Origin: Beutenbergiaceae bacterium
GTDB taxonomy: Bacteria > Actinomycetota > Actinomycetes > Actinomycetales > Beutenbergiaceae
DNA length: 64,000 nucleotides
Direction of reading: 5' to 3'
Assembly: GCA_035302405.1 (NCBI GenBank)
Contig: DATGSR010000064.1
Location: forward strand, 21,464-85,463
Below, piece after piece: positions 8,958-18,832 of this stretch; position 1 is the stretch's first letter; the number at the start of each line of letters is the position of its first letter. The notes under the pieces were generated by a model. It did not search any database. It saw nothing but the letters and a program-made list of their open reading frames with translations, and was not told the origin of the DNA. A program made the translations under genes and the position numbers.

Positions 8958-10495
8958 GGCCCGTCTCCGCAGCCGGGCCAACCAACCCCTTACGCGATCC
9001 GGCTGACCGGCGACTGCCCCGGATTCCGGGCCCCTGCGGCCTGGTGCTCTTCGGCGTGACCGGAGATCTCGCGAAACGCAAACTCATCCCGGCGATCTAC
9101 GACTTGGCCAACCGGGGCCTGCTGCCTCCCGGGTTCGCGCTGACCGGTTTCGCCCGGCGGGAGTGGGACCGCCAGGACTTCCAACAGATCGCCCTGGAGG
9201 CGGTACGTGAGCACGCCCGCACTCCATTCGACGAGGACGCATGGCGGCAGATGAGTCAGGGCATCCGGTTCGTCCAGGGCGAGTTCACCGATCCCAAGGC
9301 CTTCGAACGGCTGGCGCAGACGGTGAAGGAGTTGGACGCCGAACGAGGCACCGGAGGCAATCACGCCTTCTACCTGTCGATCCCGCCGGACCAATTTCCG
9401 GTGGTGCTGGAGCAACTTGCCGAGTCCGGCCTGTCCCGGGATTCCAACGGCTCCTGGCGGCGAGTGGTGATCGAGAAGCCATTCGGCCACGATCTGGCCA
9501 GCGCGCAGAGCCTGAACGAGTCGGTGGAGCGGGTTTTTCCGCCCGAATCGGTGTTCCGGATCGACCACTACCTGGGCAAGGAGACGGTGCAGAATCTCCT
9601 GGCTCTGCGGTTCGCCAACACGCTGTTCGAACCGGTGTGGAACGAGCGCTTCGTCGACCACGTCCAGATCACCATGGCCGAGGACATTGGAATCGGGACT
9701 CGCGCCGGATACTACGACGGCGTGGGCGCGGCGCGGGACGTGATGCAGAACCATTTGCTGCAACTCCTGGCGCTGACCGCGATGGAGGAACCGGTCTCCT
9801 TCGCCGCCGACGCGTTGCGGGCGGAGAAGGAGAAAATTCTCTCCGCCGTCCGGGTGCCCGATGATCTGGAGCGGCACACCGCCCGGGGCCAATACATCGC
9901 CGGGTGGCAGGGCGGGCGTCACGTGCGCGGCTATCTGGAGGAGGAGGGCATGGATCCCGACTCCACCACCGAGACCTACGCCGCGGTCCGCTTGGACATC
10001 GACACCCGCCGTTGGGCCGGGGTGCCGTTCTACCTGCGCACCGGTAAACGATTGGGTCGGCGGGTCACCGAGATCGCGGTGGTGTTCAAACGCGCACCGC
10101 ACCTGCCCTTCGACCTCAACGACACCCAGGAACTCGGCCAGAACGCGATCGTGATCCGGGTGCAGCCCGATGAGGGTGTCACGCTACGCTTCGGCTCGAA
10201 GATCCCGGGCACCGCGATGGAGGTGCGGGATGTGACGATGGACTTCGGGTACGGTCACGCGTTCACCGAAGCATCCCCGGAAGCCTACGAGCGGTTGCTG
10301 CTCGACGTCATGCTGGGCGATCCGCCGTTGTTCCCGCGGCAACCGGAGGTGGAACGGTCCTGGCGGATCCTGGATCCGATCATCGACTTCTGGGCATCCC
10401 GCGGCCGCCCGGAAGAATACCGGCCGGGTAGTTGGGGGCCCCCGTCGGCCGAGCAGATGCTGGCGCGAGATGGTCGGACTTGGAGGCAGCCATGA
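8954..10495 (+). CDS. zwf: Glucose-6-phosphate 1-dehydrogenase
   Basis: FGVTGDLAKRKLIPA, RIDHYLGKETVQN. Confidence 0.97.
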   Translation: MRPVSAAGPTNPLRDPADRRLPRIPGPCGLVLFGVTGDLAKRKLIPAIYDLANRGLLPPGFALTGFARREWDRQDFQQIALEAVREHARTPFDEDAWRQMSQGIRFVQGEFTDPKAFERLAQTVKELDAERGTGGNHAFYLSIPPDQFPVVLEQLAESGLSRDSNGSWRRVVIEKPFGHDLASAQSLNESVERVFPPESVFRIDHYLGKETVQNLLALRFANTLFEPVWNERFVDHVQITMAEDIGIGTRAGYYDGVGAARDVMQNHLLQLLALTAMEEPVSFAADALRAEKEKILSAVRVPDDLERHTARGQYIAGWQGGRHVRGYLEEEGMDPDSTTETYAAVRLDIDTRRWAGVPFYLRTGKRLGRRVTEIAVVFKRAPHLPFDLNDTQELGQNAIVIRVQPDEGVTLRFGSKIPGTAMEVRDVTMDFGYGHAFTEASPEAYERLLLDVMLGDPPLFPRQPEVERSWRILDPIIDFWASRGRPEEYRPGSWGPPSAEQMLARDGRTWRQP

Positions 10496-11415
10496 TCGTG
10501 ACACTGCAGCGCACCTCAAGCGCGGACGTGGTCGGCGAGTTGGTCAACCTGCGCGAGGAGGGCGGGGCCGCGGCTCTGGGACGGGTGATGACCCTGGTCA
10601 TCATCTCCTCCGGCGGAGACATCGAACCAGCGCTCGAAGCCGCGAATCAGGCCAGCCGCGAACACCCCTCCCGGGTCGTGGTGATCGAACCCCAGGAGGG
10701 GGACGGTGAGCCACGTCTAGACGCCGAGATCCGCATCGGCGGGGACGCCGGCGCTGCCGAGGTGGTCATCTTGCGGCCCCTGGGAGCCACCCGCGAGTCG
10801 ATGGACACGTTGATCACCCCGCTGCTGCTGCCGGACACCCCGCTGGTGGCGTGGTGGCCCAAAGACTCACCCACGGACCTTGCCGGGGACCCGCTGGGCA
10901 GGCTCGCCCAACGTCGCATTAGCGACGTGGGTGAGGTATCCGATCCGATCGGGCGCCTGCAAGCGTTGCGCGAACACTACGCACCGGGCGACACCGACCT
11001 GTCCTGGGCGCGAACCACCCTCTGGCGGGGGTTGAGCGCCGGCGTCGTCGAGGCTGATCCGACGACGCCCATTACCGAAGTGCTGGTGCAGGGCAACACC
11101 GATCGGCCCTCAACGCACCTGCTGGCGGCCTGGTTCGCCGACCGGCTGCAGTGCGCGGCCCAGGTGGAACACGACTCCGACGCGAGCGTTATCACCGGCG
11201 TGGAACTGCACCGACCCACCGGAGTGATTCGCATGCGACGTCCCGAGGGCTCGGGAGTGGTGACGATCAGGACCGATTCGGGACCGCCGCGGCAGGTAGC
11301 GATGGCCAAGCGGCCCCTGCAGGACTCCCTGATGGAAGATCTGCGCCACCTGGATCCCGACGAGATCTACGGCCGCGCGCTCGTGCACGGCCTCAGCGGC
11401 GTTGCGGTGCGCTGA
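10492..11415 (+). CDS. opcA: G6PD assembly protein OpcA
   Basis: ASREHPSRVVVI, LDAEIRIGGDAGAAEVVILR, LLLPDTPLVAWWP; ATGA overlap with zwf. Confidence 0.93.
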   Translation: MIVTLQRTSSADVVGELVNLREEGGAAALGRVMTLVIISSGGDIEPALEAANQASREHPSRVVVIEPQEGDGEPRLDAEIRIGGDAGAAEVVILRPLGATRESMDTLITPLLLPDTPLVAWWPKDSPTDLAGDPLGRLAQRRISDVGEVSDPIGRLQALREHYAPGDTDLSWARTTLWRGLSAGVVEADPTTPITEVLVQGNTDRPSTHLLAAWFADRLQCAAQVEHDSDASVITGVELHRPTGVIRMRRPEGSGVVTIRTDSGPPRQVAMAKRPLQDSLMEDLRHLDPDEIYGRALVHGLSGVAVR

Positions 11416-11430
11416 CGAAGGAGAGTTGCG

Positions 11431-12096
11431 ATGGAACCACAACGGCTGTGGTCGGAGGTCGACCACTACTTCACTGAGCACCTTCGTCCGGCGGACGCAG
11501 CGCTGGCCGAAGCGGTCCGGGCGGCCGGTGACTTGCCCCAGATCCAGGTCTCAGAACTCCTCGGTGGTTTCCTCAGTGTGCTCACCCGTGCGGCCGGGGC
11601 ACAGCGGGTCCTGGAGATCGGAACTTTGTTCGGGTACTCCACCATTCATCTGGCGCGGGCGGTAGGCCCGCGTGGACGCGTGCTCACCTTGGAACACTCC
11701 GCCAAGCACGCCCGCGTCGCGCGGGAGAACATCGATCGTGCCGGCCTCGGCGGGCAGGTGCGGGTGCTGGAGGGGCGGGCCGCCGATACCTTACCCAGCC
11801 TGCGCGACGAGGCGCCCTTCGATCTGGTGTTCATCGATGCGGACAAGGAGAACAATCCCTCGTACCTGAAGTGGGCACTGGAACTGACCCGCCCGGGAGC
11901 GGTGCTAGTCGTGGACAACGTGGTGCGGTCTGGCGCCGTCCGGGACGCCCAGAACACCCGGCCCGATGTGGTGGGCACCCGCACGATGATCGAGGAGATC
12001 GGTGCCGCGGTGCGCAACGGGACCCTGGATGCCACCGCCCTGCAGTTGGTGGGCTCAAAAGGCTACGACGGGATCCTGATCGCCTACGTGTGCTGA
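11431..12096 (+). CDS. SAM-dependent O-methyltransferase (caffeoyl-CoA OMT-like)
   Basis: VLEIGTLFGYSTI, FDLVFIDADKEN, VVDNVVRSG, GSKGYDG. Confidence 0.9.
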   Translation: MEPQRLWSEVDHYFTEHLRPADAALAEAVRAAGDLPQIQVSELLGGFLSVLTRAAGAQRVLEIGTLFGYSTIHLARAVGPRGRVLTLEHSAKHARVARENIDRAGLGGQVRVLEGRAADTLPSLRDEAPFDLVFIDADKENNPSYLKWALELTRPGAVLVVDNVVRSGAVRDAQNTRPDVVGTRTMIEEIGAAVRNGTLDATALQLVGSKGYDGILIAYVC

Positions 12097-12113
12097 GCGT
12101 TTGCCGGTGCCCG

Positions 12114-12515
12114 CTAGGTGTCTCGTCGCCCACTGGGCTGCGCGTCAGGGGTTGTCCGGTGATGTGCGTGAGCGGCCTTGCTGGCTACCACCCCGGCACG
12201 TAGAACGAGCGCAATTGCCACCACGGTGGCCAGCAAAGCGGCACCGACGAACACCCAGGGCGAGCCCGGCATCGCTGCCACGGCGCCGGCGGCCACGAAA
12301 CACCCGCCGGCCCACTCCCCGAGTCGGCGGGCTGCCTGGTGGCCAATGAGCCAGGCTTCGTCACTGGCCATCGTCGCGCGTGTGCGGATACCGGCGAGCC
12401 GGTTGCGTGGCAGCCGACCGTGCGCCGCGGCCCGGGCGGTCCACAGGAGCAGTAGTCCGCAGCACACCAGGAGCACACCGGTCACCGCGCGGGCGAGCAA
12501 CTCTTCGGTCTCCAC
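12114..12515 (-). CDS. SdpI-family membrane protein
   Basis: LPRNRLAGIRTRATMASDEAWLIGH SdpI motif and hydrophobic helices. GTG 12515 lies 6 nt after TACGGT; alternative start 12539. Confidence 0.8.
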   Translation of the reverse strand: METEELLARAVTGVLLVCCGLLLLWTARAAAHGRLPRNRLAGIRTRATMASDEAWLIGHQAARRLGEWAGGCFVAAGAVAAMPGSPWVFVGAALLATVVAIALVLRAGVVASKAAHAHHRTTPDAQPSGRRDT

Positions 12516-12602
12516 ACGTTCACCGTACAAGTGGGCCACCCGGCCCCACCGACAATCCCTCCCTGACCGCCTGAGACCACCGACGACGAAAGGATCAACG
12601 AT

Positions 12603-12719
12603 CTAGGCCGTGCCGGCCGACTCCACTCCGCGGACACCCAACTAGGCCGTGCCGGCCGACTCCACTCCGCGCGCACCCAACTAGGCGGTGCCGGCCGACT
12701 CCACTCCGCGAGCACCCAA
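12603..12719. repeat. 39-bp tandem repeat x3 equal to the last 12 codons plus stop of the ferritin gene
   Basis: CTAGGC(C/G)GTGCCGGCCGACTCCACTCCGCG...CACCCAA at 12603, 12642 and 12681. Confidence 0.95.
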
Positions 12720-13196
12720 TTCGGCGTCGATCTGGAGGATTCCGGCGCCGTCGGACCCCACTCGATCCAAGCGACCGAGGATCTGACCGACCGTTGCCTC
12801 CTCCTCCACCTGCTCCTCCAGGAACCACAGCAACAGACTGCGGGAGGGCAAGTCCCCCTCCGCCTCGGCGGCCCGGGCCAGTTCGCGGATGGCCTCGGAC
12901 ACCTTCTGCTCATGGTCCAAGGCAGTCTTGAAGATCAACTGCACGCTCAGATCGCTGCCGAGTCCGGGCGCTTCCAATGGGCCGAGCACGGCATGGCCGC
13001 CGCGGTCCACCACATGGTCGATGAACTTCTGCGCATGCTCACGCTCCTCCTCCGACTGGGCGCGCAGCCATGCGGCCATGCCGGGCAGGTCGTGGGCATC
13101 CGCCAGGATCGCCAATTGCAGGTACACGTGCGCGGCCTGCAACTCGAGCGTGATCTGGTCATTGAACTTCGGTTCGAGGGCGGCGGGGAGTTTCAT
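12681..13196 (-). CDS. Non-heme ferritin
   Basis: NDQITLELQAAHVYLQLA, QSEEEREHAQKF, HEQKVS, WFLEEQVEEE ferroxidase residues; ATG 13196 lies 6 nt after TAGGCT. Confidence 0.92.
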   Translation of the reverse strand: MKLPAALEPKFNDQITLELQAAHVYLQLAILADAHDLPGMAAWLRAQSEEEREHAQKFIDHVVDRGGHAVLGPLEAPGLGSDLSVQLIFKTALDHEQKVSEAIRELARAAEAEGDLPSRSLLLWFLEEQVEEEATVGQILGRLDRVGSDGAGILQIDAELGARGVESAGTA

Positions 13197-13229
13197 TTTC
13201 ACAGCCTATCTACCCAGAGCACGGACGTG

Positions 13230-13248
13230 ATCCAGATTACAACTGGAT
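13230..13248. promoter_or_regulatory. Palindromic putative operator between the divergent ferritin and fdh promoters
   Basis: ATCCAG-N7-CTGGAT between two back-to-back -10 elements. Confidence 0.5.
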
Positions 13249-13271
13249 GGCGGAGTGTTAGCGTGGCCGGT

Positions 13272-16200
13272 ATGTCACGGCTGACGTTCTTGGAGTGGCC
13301 GGTGATCCGGCAACTGCGCACCAACGATCGCCACGGACGGGGCCCGGCGGTGATGTCCCCCAAGTCCAGAAGCACGGCGCCACGCACCGATGAGGCGGAC
13401 ACCGTGGTCCAAAGCGTGTGCCCCTACTGTGCGGTCGGATGCGGGCAACGGGTGTTCGCCAAGGACAACAAAGTCATTCACATCGAAGGGGATCCGGACT
13501 CACCGGTCTCGCGGGGCCGGCTCTGCCCCAAGGGAGCCGCCAGTGAACAACTGGTCAATACCCCCGCGCGGCAGACCACGGTGCTGTACCGCCGTCCCTA
13601 CGCCACCGAGTGGGAACCGCTGGAGTTGGACACCGCGATCGAGATGATCACGGACAGGTTCCTGCAGGCCAGGCGCAACCACTGGGAGGACGTTGACGAG
13701 CGCGGCCGGCGGTTGAATCGGACGATGGGCATCGCCAGTTTGGGCGGAGCGACCATCGACAACGAAGAGAACTACCTGATCAAGAAGTTGTTCTCCGCGG
13801 CCGGTGCCATCCAGATCGAGAACCAAGCCCGTATATGACACTCCTCCACGGTTCCCAGTCTGGGAACCTCGTTTGGGCGGGGCGGCGCCACTCAACCGCT
13901 GCAGGACATGGCCAATGCCGACTGCATCATCATCCAGGGCTCCAACATGGCCGAGTGCCACCCGGTCGGATTCCAGTGGGTGACCGAGGCCAAATCCCGT
14001 GGCGCCACCGTCATCCACGTTGACCCCCGGTTCACCCGCACCACTGCGCTGGCCGACCGGCACGTGCCGATCCGGGCAGGTACCGACGTCATGCTACTTG
14101 GCGGGTTGATCAACTACGTCCTGAGCAACGACCTCTGGTTCGATGACTACGTACGGGCATACACCAACGCCGCCAGCATCATCACCGATGAGTTCCAGGA
14201 CACCGAGGACCTGGACGGCCTGTTCTCCGGCTTCGATCCGCAGACCGGTGAATACGACCTGAGCAGTTGGCGCTACGCCGACAATGACGCCGACCGTACC
14301 GACGGGCGGTCCGGGGAGACACCCGGGCAAGAACCTGCCGAGGGTGAGGTCTTCGGCGAGGGCGGTGTGCCATTGGACCGTGCTCGGCCTCCACGGGACG
14401 AGACCCTGGCCCACCCCCGGACCGTGTTCCAGATCCTCAAGCGCCACTACGCGCGCTACACCCCGGAATTGATCGAACAGACCTGCGGTATCTCTCCCGC
14501 CGACTTCGAATACCTTGCCAAGGCGATCACACAGAACTCCGGCCGGGACCGAACCACCTGCTTCGCCTACGCGGTGGGATGGACCCAACACTCCCAAGGT
14601 GCCCAGTTCATCCGCACCGCCGCGATACTGCAGTTGCTGCTCGGCAACATCGGTCGCCCCGGCGGCGGGGTGATGGCGCTACGCGGCCACGCCACCATCC
14701 AGGGCTCCACCGACATCCCCACGCTGTTCAACCTGCTGCCCGGCTACCTGCCGATGCCTGAAGCAGGCGCCCATGACACCCTCGCCGACTACTTGGCCGC
14801 CGTGGGGTCCAAAGAGCAGAAGGGCTACTGGGCCGACGCCGACGCGTACACCGTCAGCCTGCTCAAAGCCTGGTGGGGCGAGGCTGCCCAACCGGAGAAC
14901 GACTTCGCCTACCACTACATGCCGCGCATCAACGGCGCCCACGGGACGTATCAGACCGTGATGAAGATGTTGCGCGACGAAGTGGACGGCTACTTCCTAC
15001 TCGGCCAGAACCCAGCAGTGGGCTCGGCGCACGGGCGGCTGCAGCGGCTGGGGATGTCGCATCTGAAGTGGTTGGTGGTACGGGACTTCAACCTCATTGA
15101 GTCGGCCACCTGGTGGAAGGACGGCCCGGAGATCGAAACAGGCGAACTGCGTCCCGAGGACATCGCCACCGAGGTCTTCTTCCTGCCAGCGGCGAACCAC
15201 ACCGAGAAAGCAGGGTCCTTCACCCAGACGCAACGGATGGTCCAATGGCGCCACCAGGCGGTCACACCGCCCGACGACGCCCAGAGCGAGTTGCAGTTCT
15301 TCTACGAACTGGGCAAACGCATCCGTGCCCGGTTGGCCGACTCGACCGACGAACGCGACCGGCCGTTGCTGGACCTGACGTGGGACTACCCCACCGATGA
15401 GCACGGCGAACCGGATGCCGAGGCGGTTCTGGCCGAGATCAACGGCTACCACACCACCGGACCGCAGGCCGGGCGCCCGCTTTCATCCTTCACCGAAATG
15501 AGGCCGGACGGCTCTACCGCGGGGGGATGCTGGATCTACACCGGAATCTACGCCGAGGGGGTGAACCGGGCCGCCAGCCGGGTGCCCGGCCATCTGCAGG
15601 ACGAGGTGGCCTCGAAATGGGCGTGGGCGTGGCCCGACAACCGGCGTCTGCTGTACAACCGGGCCTCGGCGGACCCGGACGGCAACCCGTGGAGCGAGCG
15701 CAAGCGATACATCTGGTGGGACGCTCAGGCGCAGTCTTGGACCGGCCGGGACGTCCCCGATTTCCCCGTGGACCGGGCCCCGGGCAGCAATCCCGATCCG
15801 AACCTGGGAGGTTCGCAGGCCCTCGCGGGCGATGACGCCTTCATCATGCAGGCCGACGGGAAGGGATGGCTGTTCGCACCTTCCGGCATGGTCGACGGCC
15901 CCTTGCCCACCCACTACGAGCCGCCCGAATCGCCGGTGCGCAACTTGCTCTACCGTCAACAACAGCCACCGGCGAGGATTACCTTCCCCCGGAAGGACAA
16001 CCCCTTCTCCCCCGAACCCTGGGAGCCGGGGGCGCATGTGTATCCGCACGTGTTCACCACCTATCGGTTAACCGAGCACCACACCGCCGGTGGGATGAGC
16101 CGCTTCCACCCGTATCTGGCGGAGCTGCAGCCGGAGATGTTCTGCGAGGTCTCCCCCGAGCTTGCTGCCGAAGCGGGTTTGGAGCCCTACGGGTGGGCAA

Positions 16201-16589
16201 CGATCGTCTCACCTCGCGCCGCGATCGAGGCGCGGGTGTTGATCACCGAGCGCATGCGTCCGCTCACCGCCGGAGGTAGGAGGGTGCACCAGATCGGTCT
16301 GCCCTACCACTGGGCGGTCGGCCGCGAGGCTCTGGTCAGCGGTGACGGCGCCAATGACCTGCTCGGCATCGTGCTGGACCCCAATGTGGTGATCCAGGAC
16401 TCCAAGGCTGCCGCCTGCGACATCCGCCCGGGGCGGCGGCCCCGCGGCCCCGAACTGGTGGCGTTCGTGGAAGCGTATCGTCGTCGGGCAGGTATCACCA
16501 CCGATACCGGACACGACCGGTTAACCATGCCGAGTAACGACGGCGGGCAGCTCCCCTATACACAGGAACCGTCCCGGGAGGATGAGTGA
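13272..16589 (+). CDS. Selenocysteine-containing formate dehydrogenase alpha subunit (FdnG/FdoG-like, 1105 aa, Sec189)
   Basis: Track ORFs 12912-13838 and 13908-16589 are in the same frame, joined by TGA 13836-13838 in ENQARI-U-HSSTV (the FdnG active-site motif). N-terminal CPYCAVGC...LCPKG Fe-S motif, SNMAECHP, ALRGH, TTYRLTEHH. Confidence 0.95.
13850..13868 (+). promoter_or_regulatory. Bacterial SECIS element
   Basis: Hairpin GGTTCCC-AGTCT-GGGAACC starting 11 nt after the in-frame TGA. Confidence 0.9.
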
Positions 16590-17656
16590 TGGCCTGGTTT
16601 ACTGAAAAACCCCGCGCGGTGGCCCGCGCCCACGGTGCCCGCGCCGGTGACCGCAAGGGGTTCTTCACCGACACTTCCATCTGTATCGGCTGCAAGGCCT
16701 GCGAGGTCGCGTGCAAGGAGTGGAACAGGATCCCCCAACACGGGAACCTGCAACTGCTGGGGTCCTCCTACGACAACACCGGGGGGCTCGGCGCCAATAC
16801 GTGGCGGCACGTGGCCTTCATCGAGCAGGATGCCGAGCGGATCCAAACCGCCCGCGAATCGGGACGGCGACTGGTCGACCTCGGCATGCCTGCGGTCGGC
16901 CCGCCTGCACGGTCAGCCGCACCGCCCTCCGGCGCGCGATCCGCACTCGCCGCGAACCGCACTGGCCCGCCCTCCGTTTTCGACGAAGCAGCGGCCGGTT
17001 CAACGGACACCGCCCCTCCGGACACCGACGAGTTCCGGTGGTTGATGTCCTCCGACGTGTGCAAACACTGCACCCACGCCGGTTGCCTCGACGTCTGCCC
17101 CACCGGTGCCCTGTTCCGCACGGAATTCGACACCGTGGTGGTCCAGGAGGACATCTGCAACGGTTGCGGCACGTGCGTGGCGGGCTGCCCGTTCGGGGTC
17201 ATCGAGCGGCGCGAGGACGGCACGATCGATGCGAAATCGGACCGCGCGGACTCCAGATACGCCCAGCAGATCCCGAACGCCGGCACCGCGAACAAGTGCA
17301 CCTTGTGCTACGACCGATTGGTGGACGGGCAGACGCCGGCGTGCGCGCAAACCTGCCCAACGGAGTCGATCCGGTTCGGTGACCGGAGGGACGTGGTCGC
17401 CAAGGCGAACGAACGGGTCCGCGAGTTGCACGCGCAAGGGCGCACCGAAGCACGGCTCTACGGCGCCAACAACAATGACGGCGTGGGCGGGACCGGGTCG
17501 GTGTTCCTGCTGCTGGACGAGCCGGAAGTCTACGGTTTGCCTCCGGACCCGCAGGTGCCGACGGCGCAATTGGGGAAGATGTATGCCACCGCGGCGTTAG
17601 CGGCGGTCGGCATGGCGGCAGGGGCCTTGGCGGCGTTCCTGGGAGGCCGTAGGTGA
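16589..17656 (+). CDS. Formate dehydrogenase iron-sulfur (beta) subunit
   Basis: CIGCKACEVAC, CKHCTHAGCLDVCP, CNGCGTCVAGCP, KCTLCYDR...CAQTCP; C-terminal hydrophobic helix. Confidence 0.92.
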   Translation: MAWFTEKPRAVARAHGARAGDRKGFFTDTSICIGCKACEVACKEWNRIPQHGNLQLLGSSYDNTGGLGANTWRHVAFIEQDAERIQTARESGRRLVDLGMPAVGPPARSAAPPSGARSALAANRTGPPSVFDEAAAGSTDTAPPDTDEFRWLMSSDVCKHCTHAGCLDVCPTGALFRTEFDTVVVQEDICNGCGTCVAGCPFGVIERREDGTIDAKSDRADSRYAQQIPNAGTANKCTLCYDRLVDGQTPACAQTCPTESIRFGDRRDVVAKANERVRELHAQGRTEARLYGANNNDGVGGTGSVFLLLDEPEVYGLPPDPQVPTAQLGKMYATAALAAVGMAAGALAAFLGGRR

Positions 17657-18795
17657 GCAGTTCCGGATACGACAGGTACCGCCCGCCGGACCCGCCGCGG
17701 CGCCGGCGCCTGCGAACCGAGGGCGGTCAGCGCCGTTTCCGGGGTGCGCGCCCCGATGCACGCGGCGACGGCTCCCGCGAGGTGCCGATGGTCGACGACG
17801 CGCAGTTCAGTTCGTATTACGGGCGTCACATCGTCAAGGCGCCGCCGTGGGACGAGAAGATTTCCACCTACATGTTCCTGGGCGGCCTGGCCGGTGGTTC
17901 GGGGCTGCTCGCACTGGGTGCACAGTTGACCGGAAGGCCGCACCTGCGCAGAAACAGCCGCGTGGCGGCGTTGCTGGCACTGGGCGGCGGCACCGTGGCC
18001 CTGGTCGCGGACCTGGGTCGCCCCGAGCGGTTCCACCACATGCTCCGAACCTTCAAGCCTTCCTCACCGATGAACCTCGGATCCTGGCTACTGGGCGCGT
18101 TCGGCACGAGCATCGGCATCGCGGCCGTCAATGAGATCGACCGGGGCACCAACTCGCGGTTGCCGCTTGGCCCGTTGCGTCGTCTGCTGCGCTGGTTGGA
18201 AGCACCGGCCGGTGTTGCCGGCGGGATCTTCGCCGCGCCGGTGGCCAGTTACACCGCGGTGCTGCTCGGTGATACGGCCGTGCCCACATGGCACGCCTCC
18301 CGGGATCACCTGCCCTATGTGTTCGTCTCCTCCGCAGCGATGGCCGCCGGCGGGATGGCCATGGTGACCACCCCTGTCGACCAGGCACGACCCGCGCGGG
18401 TCCTGGCCGGCATGGGTGTGCTCGGAGAGGGGGCTGCACTGTGGCTGATGAGACGGGCGATGCACCCGGCTGAACGCGAACCGCTGGAGACGGGCGGGCC
18501 GGGCAGGAAGATGCGATACGCAGAGCGGTTGGCGCTCGCCGGTGGTCTTGGTGCGCTCGCTGCGGGGCGCAGCCGCGCCATAGCGGCCATCGGTGGGTGC
18601 GCATTGCTGGCGGCCTCGGCGTTCGCACGGTTCGGCATGATGGAAGCGGGTATCAACTCGACTAAGGATCCGCGGCACACGATCGAACCGCAGAAGGCCC
18701 GACTGGCCCAGCGGCGGGCGGCCGGGGTCTGGGACGACTCGATCACCACCGCCGGCGAGCCGCCCGCTTCGGGACAGCAGTCCCCGGGCAGTTGA
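17653..18795 (+). CDS. NrfD/PsrC-family membrane anchor subunit
   Basis: YMFLGGLAGG, LVADLGRPERFHHML...SSPMNLGSW, YTAVLLGDTAVPTW. Confidence 0.88.
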   Translation: MSSSGYDRYRPPDPPRRRRLRTEGGQRRFRGARPDARGDGSREVPMVDDAQFSSYYGRHIVKAPPWDEKISTYMFLGGLAGGSGLLALGAQLTGRPHLRRNSRVAALLALGGGTVALVADLGRPERFHHMLRTFKPSSPMNLGSWLLGAFGTSIGIAAVNEIDRGTNSRLPLGPLRRLLRWLEAPAGVAGGIFAAPVASYTAVLLGDTAVPTWHASRDHLPYVFVSSAAMAAGGMAMVTTPVDQARPARVLAGMGVLGEGAALWLMRRAMHPAEREPLETGGPGRKMRYAERLALAGGLGALAAGRSRAIAAIGGCALLAASAFARFGMMEAGINSTKDPRHTIEPQKARLAQRRAAGVWDDSITTAGEPPASGQQSPGS

Positions 18796-18832
18796 TCCAC
18801 CCTTCAGTGCACACCTTGCGGAGGGCTCTGCC

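Noticed and set aside
12681-12719. Encapsulin targeting peptide on ferritin
   Set aside because: The tail lacks the LxIGSL-type motif and no encapsulin gene is in the window.
13230-13248. IdeR/DtxR iron box at the ferritin promoter
   Set aside because: The 19-bp palindrome does not resemble TTAGGTTAGCCTAACCTAA.
12912-16589. Formate dehydrogenase alpha as a pseudogene or two genes
   Set aside because: The stop is a TGA at the catalytic Sec position with a SECIS, and selABCD are adjacent.
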